Below, in pieces: positions 1-7,035 of a stretch of 64,000 bases of DNA; positions within the stretch are counted from its first letter, which is position 1; each line of letters opens with the position of its first letter. A model generated the notes under the pieces. That model did not search any database. It saw only the letters and a list, made by a program, of their open reading frames with translations, and had not been told where the DNA came from. Source of the DNA: Nitrospiria bacterium (GTDB lineage: Bacteria > Nitrospirota > UBA9217); NCBI GenBank assembly GCA_919901555.1, contig CAKKPG010000055.1:278-64277 (forward strand). Reading direction: 5' to 3'. Both the position numbers and the translations under genes were made by a program.

Positions 1-1
1 C

Positions 2-646
2 CCCCATCATCCCGGCACGTGGTTCATCTCGGTGCAGCACCGGCCGGGTTACTTCACCTGGTACAATAATCTGGGCGGGGTGGAGCCCGGCATCGTCGTG
101 GGGACGCCCGTGCGCGCCGGCGATCCGCTGGGCGCACCGATGGAGATTCCTGACGGCGATTCCAGCTTTTTCGTGATCCATTTCGCTGTGAATGTAAACT
201 CTCAAACGATGTGCCCGGAGGACTACCTCAATGCGGGAGGACATTCGTTATTCGACGGCATGTGGCGGACGGCGGCGTACGGGGAGGAATTGACAGAGCC
301 GCTGCCGTGCAACCCGCTTGCGGTGACGTTCCCGCTGACGCGCACCTGGCTCCGCGCGAGCGGCCCCCTGGCGCCGAAAATTGAGTTCACGCGCCTGGAC
401 CCCACAACCAGCGCGTATACATACCGGTTGCTCGATGCGGGCGGAATAGTCCTGGAGTCCGGCGCCGTCAACTGGTTCAATCCGAGAGCGCTTCCCTACT
501 CCACGATCGACCTGCTGCCCTCGGGTGAGAGAGCGCCGCACCTGGGGATCTACGACATCGTGAGCGGAACGATGCGGATTATCTGGGACGATGCAGTGCG
601 TCCAACGGACCTCACCGGCGCCTCGGTGTATACCCTCGCGCCCTGA
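2..646 (+). CDS. 3' part of a CDS entering from the left edge; secreted LytM/M23-peptidase-like protein (degenerate motif)
   Basis: Frame 2 is open from base 2 (PHHPGTWFISVQHRPGYFTWYNNLGG...). The listed ORF 32..646 is its tail. GTPVRAGDPLG ... FFVIHFAV resembles the M23 V..G..iG...HLHFE core. Stop TGA is at 644-646. Confidence 0.5.
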   Translation, partial: PHHPGTWFISVQHRPGYFTWYNNLGGVEPGIVVGTPVRAGDPLGAPMEIPDGDSSFFVIHFAVNVNSQTMCPEDYLNAGGHSLFDGMWRTAAYGEELTEPLPCNPLAVTFPLTRTWLRASGPLAPKIEFTRLDPTTSAYTYRLLDAGGIVLESGAVNWFNPRALPYSTIDLLPSGERAPHLGIYDIVSGTMRIIWDDAVRPTDLTGASVYTLAP

Positions 647-775
647 GATCCGTTCGGCGGCAGTTATGACTACGCCAACGCCGTTGCCATCCAGCCGGAC
701 GGGAAGATCGTGGCAGCCGGGTATGCCTTTACCGGCGCCACCACTGATTTCGCCCTGGCGCGGTACTGGCCGTGA
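647..775 (+). pseudogene. Orphan single delta-60 repeat unit (DPFGGSYDYANAVAIQPDGKIVAAGYAFTGATTDFALARYWP*). It is a copy of the last unit of the gene at 2896..4287.
   Basis: It translates in the same frame as the upstream CDS, directly after its TGA. It is near-identical in motif and termination (FALARY.P*) to 4165..4287. It has no start codon or RBS of its own. Confidence 0.6.
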
Positions 776-1029
776 TGATTGCCTATGGTAGGCTGCAACC
801 GAGACCGCAAACCGCTGCGCCCTGCGCAGGCGGAACCGGGAACTGCGGGAGCGCCTGCGGGAGACGCGGCGGCGGTCGTCCCGGCGTTCTCCATCCGAAT
901 AAGGAGGTGATGTTGACCGCGACAAAGTCTGCGCACTGGTTCAATCCCGACAAGCCGGAATGGCCGGTCGGGGACCGGCATCGCCTGAAAACAGGCGATG
1001 ACAATACACATTAACAAAAGGAGCAATCC
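776..1029 (+). repeat. Copy 1 of a ~254-bp intergenic module (copy 2 at 4288..4541)
   Basis: Hand alignment to 4288..4541 shows the same length and two compensating 1-nt indels in the 5' half. The 3' 105 nt has 5 substitutions and no indels. A conserved hairpin CATCGCCTG-AAAA-CAGGCGATG lies at 979-1000. Confidence 0.85.
910..1014 (+). CDS. Candidate 34-aa small ORF inside the repeat module (MLTATKSAHWFNPDKPEWPVGDRHRLKTGDDNTH)
   Basis: AGGAGG at 902-907 lies just upstream (ATG 910, TTG 913). Against copy 2, 4 of 5 substitutions are third-position synonymous and 1 is K->R. The RBS is not conserved in copy 2. Confidence 0.25.
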   Translation: MLTATKSAHWFNPDKPEWPVGDRHRLKTGDDNTH

Positions 1030-1554
1030 ATGAAATACCTACTGCAAACATCGTTCGCACTTGCAACTTTGTCATTGATGTGCGTTCAGCCGGTCTTTGC
1101 CATGACCCTGGCCGAGGCCGAGGCAAACTGCGCAAAGATGAAAGGACAGCTCACGGTCACGCGTACCGCGCTCGGAGTCAACTATGTATGTAGGGTCGGG
1201 GGAAAGGTGGTCTTGTCGGGGACGGCGACCACTCCACTTGCAACCACACCAGTAGTGCCGAGGACTGATCTGATTATCGGTCCTCAGACAACGCCACACA
1301 CGACGCCTCAAGCAGCACCCACTCAAGTCGTGCCTATAACCAAGCAGCCGAAGCAGCCGGGAAGTGGGCCGGAGGTTATGCCGCTAACAATGGCTGAATG
1401 CCTCAACCTAGGCGGCACAGTTACACACGACGCTCGGTGTCCAAACACGACGACGAGGTCAAATAACGGCGGTACTCTGCAAGGTACATTTAGGTGTACA
1501 GGAGTTGGGGGACATTCGGCGTGCGTAGATGAAAGCAACGTGGGAAACCCATAA
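1030..1554 (+). CDS. Secreted protein with two small Cys-containing domains joined by a Pro/Thr-rich linker
   Basis: RBS AAAGGAG at 1017-1023. Signal peptide MKYLLQTSFALATLSLMCVQPVFA. PT-rich tract TTPLATTPVVP...TPHTTPQAAPTQVVP. The motif AE..C...G..T occurs twice. Confidence 0.75.
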   Translation: MKYLLQTSFALATLSLMCVQPVFAMTLAEAEANCAKMKGQLTVTRTALGVNYVCRVGGKVVLSGTATTPLATTPVVPRTDLIIGPQTTPHTTPQAAPTQVVPITKQPKQPGSGPEVMPLTMAECLNLGGTVTHDARCPNTTTRSNNGGTLQGTFRCTGVGGHSACVDESNVGNP

Positions 1555-1834
1555 TTGGGGTCGGTGCTTCGTCATTTTTTGTTATCCCCATGGGGTAGCT
1601 CAGAATCTCCCCAGCCGATTCGAAGAAGTCGCAATGACAGCCGTCGAATTGAACCCTGCCCGCGAGGCGCACGACTTACTTTACGCATCGCTGCGACAGA
1701 GGACAACGGAGGTTCTGCATGAGGAGACTACCGCGGATGCTTCTGTAGGACGAGCGTCACGTTAAATTCCGCCACGTGTTTGTTGCGTCGCATGAGTTTA
1801 TTAACCCATTCTGCACTGAGAAAGGAGCTCCGTT

Positions 1835-2410
1835 ATGAAAACCGTCCTATCCGTCACCGCTGCACTGATGCTGGCGCTGTCACTCGGCGGCCAGCCGAAC
1901 CCGGCGTACGCCGATACAAAGAAACCTGCTTCGTCAACTCCACAGCCTGCTTTTGGCCAGCCGAACCCGGTTAACGCCGGGACGAACAAATTTAATCCTG
2001 GTCCGATTACCTCTGTACCGATCTCGGCCAATCCCGATCTGGCCATAGGCAGCGTGCTCGCCTTCAGGTGCCTGTGCACACCGGACTTGGACCGGGTCGA
2101 CGCCCTGTACATGGACACCATCAAGGTGGAGGTGTTCAATAACACAACCAGGCCGTTTAACGGGACAAACACCCCTATCACTATCAGGGCGACATTCCAT
2201 GACCTGGTGTCGGGCACGGTTAAGACCTTGGAAAAGACGTGGGGGGGCTCGATTCCCAGCTATGGAAAGGTCAAACTTCTCGCGTCCACCGACGTCCACC
2301 TGGTGAAGCGCAGCGTCGGTATTACCGCCAGCGTTTCAGTGCCCAACGACACGAATCCATCGAACAATTCGGTCACCATCAGGACTTGTGCCACGTATGT
2401 CATCGAATAA
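1835..2410 (+). CDS. Secreted protein with a CARDB-like domain
   Basis: RBS GAAAGGAG upstream. Signal peptide MKTVLSVTAALMLALSLGG. PDLAIGS...VEVFNNTT...NDTNPSNNS matches the CARDB pattern (pDL..., V.N.G, ...E.NE.NN). Confidence 0.7.
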   Translation: MKTVLSVTAALMLALSLGGQPNPAYADTKKPASSTPQPAFGQPNPVNAGTNKFNPGPITSVPISANPDLAIGSVLAFRCLCTPDLDRVDALYMDTIKVEVFNNTTRPFNGTNTPITIRATFHDLVSGTVKTLEKTWGGSIPSYGKVKLLASTDVHLVKRSVGITASVSVPNDTNPSNNSVTIRTCATYVIE

Positions 2411-2895
2411 TCAACCCGGCTATCCACGGCATCGCGGGGAGGGCCGGGAAGATGGATTCCCCGCAGATTGAGCAGGACGCATCGGCGCATATTGCAAATG
2501 AATATCAGAAGAGGTAAGTGGGGTGTGGGAGGGGGAGCCGCTGCCTCCTGATTCGATGACACGCGAGGGAAGCTCTGAGCACGTCGTTGCAGCGAAAGCT
2601 GGGATCCAGGAGGTATATAAATTTTATGGTCCTTCCCGTGATGAGCGAGAAAAGCCCTGTTGGGCCATGAACCGTTTGCGCCCCGGCTTCGACTCAGGGG
2701 TGTAAACGGAAACACCCTCGCCGGGTCGATTCCGCTATTCGGAGGACAACGCTGGGGAGCGACGGGCGCTGAGCATTGAAAAGATCGACCATGGTAATTT
2801 CGGTTCCAGCCCGTGCCTGAACGACCCGGCGACGTGGGTATTCGGTGTGAATCGCGTGATGTTTATACGTTGAACGCTTCAATAAGAGGGGGTGT

Positions 2896-4287
2896 GTGAT
2901 TATGAACACTTACGTAAAGCACAAAGGGATCAAGAGCTTCTTCGGCGGCATCGGCATTCTGAGCCTGCTCCTCGGCCTTGGGGCGGCATTGTATGGCTGC
3001 GGCGGCGGGGGCGGAGGGGGCGGCGGAGGAGGCGTTGCTGCCGGCAGTCTGGATACGAGCTTTAACACCACCGGCATAGTGACCACGGCCATCGGCGGCT
3101 TTGGTGACGTTGCCAATGCCGTCGCCATCCAGTCGGACGGGAAAATCGTGGCAGCCGGGAGTGCCTCTAACAGCGGCAACTATGATTTCGCCCTGGTCCG
3201 GTACAAGACCGACGGCTCGCTGGATACAAGTTTTGGTGCAACCGGCAAGGTCACCACGCCTATCGGCAGCGGTTATGACTACGCCAACGCCGTCGCCATC
3301 CAGTCGGACGGGAAAATCGTGGCAGCCGGGAGTGCCTCTAACAGCAGCAACTATGATTTCGCCCTGGTCCGGTACGACACCGAGGGCTTGCTGGATACAA
3401 GCTTTAACACCACCGGCATAGTGATCATTGCCATCGGCAGCGGTTATGACTACGCCAACGCCGTCGTCATCCAGTCGGGCGGGAAGATCGTTGTAGCCGG
3501 GACTTCCTATAACGGCAACGATTATGACTTCACCTTGGCGCGGTACAACACCAACGGCTCGCTGGATACAAGCTTTGGCGCAAGTGTACTCTGCCCTATC
3601 CTCTCCAACTGCACTGGCATAGTGACCACTGACATCGGCGGCAGCAGCAATGACTCCGCCAAGTCCGTCGCCATCCAGCCGGACGGGAAGATCGTGGCGG
3701 TCGGGTATGCCTCTAACAGCACCGACACTGACTTCGCCCTCGTTCGGTACAATGCCGGAGGCTCGCTGGATACGAGCTTTAACATCACCGGCATAGTGAT
3801 CATTGCCATCGGCAGCGGTTATGACGCCGCCTGGTCCGTCGCCATCCAGCCGGACGGGAAGATCGTGGTGGCCGGGAGTGCCCGTATTAGCAGCAATGAT
3901 TTCGCCCTGGTCCGGTACAACGCCGACGGCTCGCTGGATACAAACTTTGGCGCCAACGGCATGGTCACCACGGCTATCAGCAGCGATAGTGACGCCGCCT
4001 ACGCCGTCGCCATCCAGCCGGACGACAACCAGCCGAACGGGAAGATCGTGGTAGCCGGGGTTGCCTCTAACAGCACCGGCCATGATTTCGCCCTGGCGCG
4101 GTACAACACCGACGGCACGCTGGATACAAGCTTTAACACCACCGGCATAGTGACCACTGCCATCGGCAGCAGTGATGACTATGCCAATGCCGTTGCCATC
4201 CAGCCGGACGGGAAAATCGTGGCAGTCGGGTATACCCGTAACGACGGCGGCGACGAAGACTTCGCCCTGGCGCGGTACTTGCCGTGA
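2896..4287 (+). CDS. Delta-60 repeat domain lipoprotein
   Basis: Lipobox LYGC followed by a poly-Gly linker. About 7-8 units of the SLDTSF(N/G)..G.V...IG...D.ANAVAIQ.DGKIV.AG......DFAL.RY motif (delta-60 repeat family). Confidence 0.9.
   Translation: MIMNTYVKHKGIKSFFGGIGILSLLLGLGAALYGCGGGGGGGGGGGVAAGSLDTSFNTTGIVTTAIGGFGDVANAVAIQSDGKIVAAGSASNSGNYDFALVRYKTDGSLDTSFGATGKVTTPIGSGYDYANAVAIQSDGKIVAAGSASNSSNYDFALVRYDTEGLLDTSFNTTGIVIIAIGSGYDYANAVVIQSGGKIVVAGTSYNGNDYDFTLARYNTNGSLDTSFGASVLCPILSNCTGIVTTDIGGSSNDSAKSVAIQPDGKIVAVGYASNSTDTDFALVRYNAGGSLDTSFNITGIVIIAIGSGYDAAWSVAIQPDGKIVVAGSARISSNDFALVRYNADGSLDTNFGANGMVTTAISSDSDAAYAVAIQPDDNQPNGKIVVAGVASNSTGHDFALARYNTDGTLDTSFNTTGIVTTAIGSSDDYANAVAIQPDGKIVAVGYTRNDGGDEDFALARYLP
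3046..4284 (+). repeat. Tandem in-frame coding repeats (~57-60 codons per unit) of the delta-60 gene
   Basis: Recurring DNA strings gacggctcgctggatacaagctt and gccatccag(t/c)cggacggga(a/g)atcgtggcagccggg. They also create the long antisense shadow ORF 2863..4437. Confidence 0.9.
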
Positions 4288-4541
4288 TGATCGTCTATGG
4301 TAGCTGCAACCGAGACTGCAAACCGCTGCGCCCTGCGCAGGCGGAACCGGGAGCTGCGGGAGCGCCTGAGGGGCGACGCAGCGGCGGCAGTCTCGGCGTT
4401 CTCCATCCGAATACGGATGTGATGTTGACTGCGACAAAGTCTGCGCACTGGTTCAATCCCGACAGGCCGGAATGGCCTGTCGGGGATCGGCATCGCCTGA
4501 AAACAGGCGATGACAATACGCATTAACAAGAGGTATTTCAC
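4288..4541 (+). repeat. Copy 2 of the ~254-bp intergenic module
   Basis: See 776..1029. The hairpin CATCGCCTG-AAAA-CAGGCGATG lies at 4491-4512. Confidence 0.85.
4422..4526 (+). CDS. Candidate 34-aa small ORF, copy 2 (MLTATKSAHWFNPDRPEWPVGDRHRLKTGDDNTH)
   Basis: Same frame and length as 910..1014. The upstream sequence is ACGGATGTG, so the SD is poor. Confidence 0.2.
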   Translation: MLTATKSAHWFNPDRPEWPVGDRHRLKTGDDNTH

Positions 4542-5465
4542 ATGAATAGATATTGCCGAGCAATAATTCTTCCATTTATAGTTATCCTGGCATCGTGCGG
4601 TAACGGAGAGAGGGTGCCGACCTGCGACTGGTATGTGAACGCAGCCATTGGGAACAATAATAACGCAGGCACGCCCGGCGCCCCATTCAAGACAATCACG
4701 TATGCGCTCACGCTCACGAAGAGCGGCGAGGTGGTATGCGCCGCGCCCGGAACCTACAATGCCGTCTCGGGCGAAACGTTCCCCATCGTGGTCCCCGCTA
4801 ATGTTGCACTGCGGTCCCTCGAAGGCCGGGCCGGCACAGTTGTCGAAGGCGGAGGGACATACTCCCTCGCATTCGGCACGGTAAAACTCGGTTTCTATGC
4901 CTCTGACCAGAGTACGATCGACGGATTTACGATAAAGGTTCCATCGGCAGACGTGGTCGGCATCGACGTGGGCATAGCGACGGAATCGGGCGCCGCTGTA
5001 TTAAAAAACAACGCATTTGTCGGCATTGCAATGGGACATGTGGGTGGGGCAGCCATCGCTACAGGCGGGTCGGCGGCTCCACTGATCGCCGATAACACGA
5101 TGACCGGCTGTCATGACGGCATCGCCGGCTTCGGCACATCGGCCCCCGTCATACGCCGGAATATCATGACCCTCAATGAAGACCAAGCGGTGGACGCGCA
5201 GGAAAATGCAGTTCCGGACCTCGGGACACCGGCTGATCCCGGTCGGAACACGATCAAAGACAACGGCTCGCGGGGGTTGTTCAACGAAACCGCTGATTCG
5301 ATCATTCAGGCAGCCGGGAACACATGGAATGTCAACTGCATGACGGATGCAAGTGGACATTACCTAACCCAACTGATCAAGGGCGCCTATGACGATGAAA
5401 ACAAGTGCCCGGGGGAGCAGTCTAATTTTCGAATCGAATATGAAGGGGCAGGCATACAACTGTAG
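4542..5465 (+). CDS. Lipoprotein with a right-handed parallel beta-helix (DUF1565 / pectin-lyase-fold-like)
   Basis: Lipobox ILASC. N-terminal WYVNAAIGNNNNAGTPGAPFKTITYAL...APGTYN is typical of DUF1565. Repetitive G/N/A-rich beta-helix-like turns follow. Confidence 0.75.
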   Translation: MNRYCRAIILPFIVILASCGNGERVPTCDWYVNAAIGNNNNAGTPGAPFKTITYALTLTKSGEVVCAAPGTYNAVSGETFPIVVPANVALRSLEGRAGTVVEGGGTYSLAFGTVKLGFYASDQSTIDGFTIKVPSADVVGIDVGIATESGAAVLKNNAFVGIAMGHVGGAAIATGGSAAPLIADNTMTGCHDGIAGFGTSAPVIRRNIMTLNEDQAVDAQENAVPDLGTPADPGRNTIKDNGSRGLFNETADSIIQAAGNTWNVNCMTDASGHYLTQLIKGAYDDENKCPGEQSNFRIEYEGAGIQL

Positions 5466-5520
5466 AGCGAACCACGTTTGGGCGGATGCGATGACAATAC
5501 ACATTAAAAGGAGAATTACC

Positions 5521-5988
5521 ATGAAAACGAATCTGAAACAGAAGTTCCTGCGTACCGTTATGGGCGGCACGGTGGCCCTGCTGCTGCTGTCCGCGCCGAA
5601 TGCCTTTGCTTTTCCGAGCAGAGGCACGTGCGCGGTGTTGATAACCGCCCCCGTGCCTGTTGGCGCGACCTTCCCGCGCAGCGAAATCTATAACGTTCTC
5701 GGGAAGATCACCTTCAACAGCGATACAACTGCCACAATTGACCTCCTTGCTGTGGGCGCGCAGTACACCGAAAATGGGGTTTCACACGGTACCGACGAAT
5801 TCGGATCTGGTTTGTTAGTAGATATCATAGCAGGTGGCCTTGGCAGTCCGGAGTCGAAAACGCTTACTTTCATCAGACCCGAAAAACCCGATTATCCCGT
5901 TGTTATCAATGCATACTCCGTGAATGGGGGAAGAACTATCTTGCTGCAAGGGGCAAGTTCACCGTTCAGCGGCGTTTGCCAGTTTTGA
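5521..5988 (+). CDS. Secreted hypothetical protein (~155 aa)
   Basis: Internal ATG of ORF 5389..5988, preceded by AAAGGAG (5508-5514). Signal peptide MKTNLKQKFLRTVMGGTVALLLLSAPNAFA. Confidence 0.7.
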   Translation: MKTNLKQKFLRTVMGGTVALLLLSAPNAFAFPSRGTCAVLITAPVPVGATFPRSEIYNVLGKITFNSDTTATIDLLAVGAQYTENGVSHGTDEFGSGLLVDIIAGGLGSPESKTLTFIRPEKPDYPVVINAYSVNGGRTILLQGASSPFSGVCQF

Positions 5989-5998
5989 GGGGATCGCC

Positions 5999-6154
5999 AT
6001 GAAAACAATCCAACAACTTGGAATGGCCTTGGCGGCGGCAGCGCTGCTGATCATGGCCGGCTGCGGCGGAGGCGAGGGTTCCTCGGAGGCGCCGGCCGAC
6101 ACGACCACCACCACTTCTTCGGTGGTCGTGACAACCGTTCTGACTACGCAGTAG
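5999..6154 (+). CDS. Small Thr/Ser-rich lipoprotein (51 aa)
   Basis: GAGGGG lies upstream of ATG 5999. Lipobox IMAGC, then GGGEGSSEAPADTTTTTSSVVVTTVLTTQ. Confidence 0.5.
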   Translation: MKTIQQLGMALAAAALLIMAGCGGGEGSSEAPADTTTTTSSVVVTTVLTTQ

Positions 6155-6294
6155 TCCGGGCGCCCGGGATGGGTTGCACCCATCCCGGGTGTACTCGTCT
6201 TCCAATGCGGCGCGCGTTTCGAACCAGAAACGCGCGGGCCTCGCGCGGCCTGTCTGAAGTGCTTCTTCCTGCGGAATATAAAAGGAGGTGTGCT

Positions 6295-6750
6295 ATGAAA
6301 CGGATACTTATGATAGTGCTTGCCGTAATTGCGGTAAGCGGAATCGGCGCGGCGCTGCTGCTCATCGGCAGTACGCCGGCATCGGCAGGACCGGGATATT
6401 CCGCCAGTGATGTAAAAGGGGAATATTTATTCACCGTCGCTTCGATCGGTTATGTGGGCAGTGTGCTCGATTATTGCGATCATGCGGGAACCATGTTCTT
6501 TGACGGCGTCGGCGCGGTAACGATAACCGAGACGCGGCGGTGCAGCGTCGGCGGTTTGATCGCGGAAACCGCCGTTCTCTCCTATACCGTGAACCCGGTG
6601 ACCGGCGAGGTTCTCCTTGAAGATCCGAGGGCCCCCGGCGATCCTACCCATGGCCAGATCGTGATGAAGGGCAGGAGCGTGCTTCTCGACGGGACCACGA
6701 GGACGAATCCCCATAGGCTGATCATGCACGGCGTGGCCATGCAGCGGTAG
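6295..6750 (+). CDS. Secreted hypothetical protein (~151 aa), distant paralog of 5521..5988
   Basis: AAAGGAGG at 6280-6287, then ATG 6295. Signal/TM segment MKRILMIVLAVIAVSGIGAALLLIG..ASA. Shares the ...G(G)R(T/S)(I/V)LL(Q/D)G... block with 5521..5988. Confidence 0.7.
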   Translation: MKRILMIVLAVIAVSGIGAALLLIGSTPASAGPGYSASDVKGEYLFTVASIGYVGSVLDYCDHAGTMFFDGVGAVTITETRRCSVGGLIAETAVLSYTVNPVTGEVLLEDPRAPGDPTHGQIVMKGRSVLLDGTTRTNPHRLIMHGVAMQR

Positions 6751-6803
6751 CAGCACTGGTGACGCAGGCCCTTGATATATTAAAAAGATAGGCCTTCTCT
6801 TTC

Positions 6804-6845
6804 AAGGCCGGTGAGGTCATTTGACCGCCATCGGCCTTATTTTTT
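6804..6845 (+). terminator. Rho-independent terminator ending the secreted-protein gene run
   Basis: AAGGCCGGTG (6804-6813) pairs with CATCGGCCTT (6829-6838), followed by ATTTTTT. An alternative upstream arm AGGCCTT lies at 6790-6796. Confidence 0.7.
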
Positions 6846-6938
6846 CAAGCTGATGTGAAGTTTCACTTGAGCGGGTCTTCCACCGATTTTTCTCACTTCC
6901 GCACTGTTTTGATTCTTCCCGTTTCATCTTGTTTTTTC

Positions 6939-6967
6939 TTGACAAAAATTTTCAATCCACGTAATCT
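6939..6967 (+). promoter_or_regulatory. Sigma70-type promoter upstream of pheS
   Basis: TTGACA (6939-6944), a 17-nt spacer, then TAATCT (6962-6967). A T-rich UP-like tract lies upstream. Confidence 0.55.
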
Positions 6968-7035
6968 TATCCGCACATCCAATAACGCAGATTGCACGGA
7001 TTTTGTGAATCAGATTACACAAATCAAAGAGCAGC

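Noticed and set aside
644-646. TGA at 644 as a selenocysteine codon
   Set aside because: No convincing SECIS-like stem-loop lies at the expected distance downstream, only a trivial CCG-tt-CGG. Neither M23-like nor delta-60 proteins are known selenoproteins.
772-1014. 80-aa ORFs 772..1014 and 4284..4526 spanning the whole repeat module
   Set aside because: The N-terminal ~45 codons differ between copies because of two compensating indels, so the frame is not conserved. Only the last 34 codons behave like coding sequence, and these are reported separately.
2980-3040. The poly-Gly linker of the delta-60 lipoprotein as a slipped-strand phase-variation tract
   Set aside because: The DNA (tgcggcggcgggggcggagggggcggcggaggaggc) is an imperfect mix of GGC/GGG/GGA codons. 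It is not a homopolymer or a perfect short tandem repeat.
2863-4437. 524-aa ORF antisense to the delta-60 repeat gene, with repetitive PVRLDGDG(I/V)G(V)VITAAD units
   Set aside because: It is a mirror image of the sense-strand tandem repeats. The sense strand has an RBS, a lipoprotein signal and a recognised repeat family. The antisense ORF has no SD and runs through the intergenic module.
6855-7035. T-box or attenuator leader upstream of pheS
   Set aside because: I could not find a T-box consensus, a specifier-loop arrangement or a Phe-rich leader peptide. Only a sigma70-like promoter and an imperfect palindrome (GATTTTGTGAATC / GATTACACAAATC) are present.
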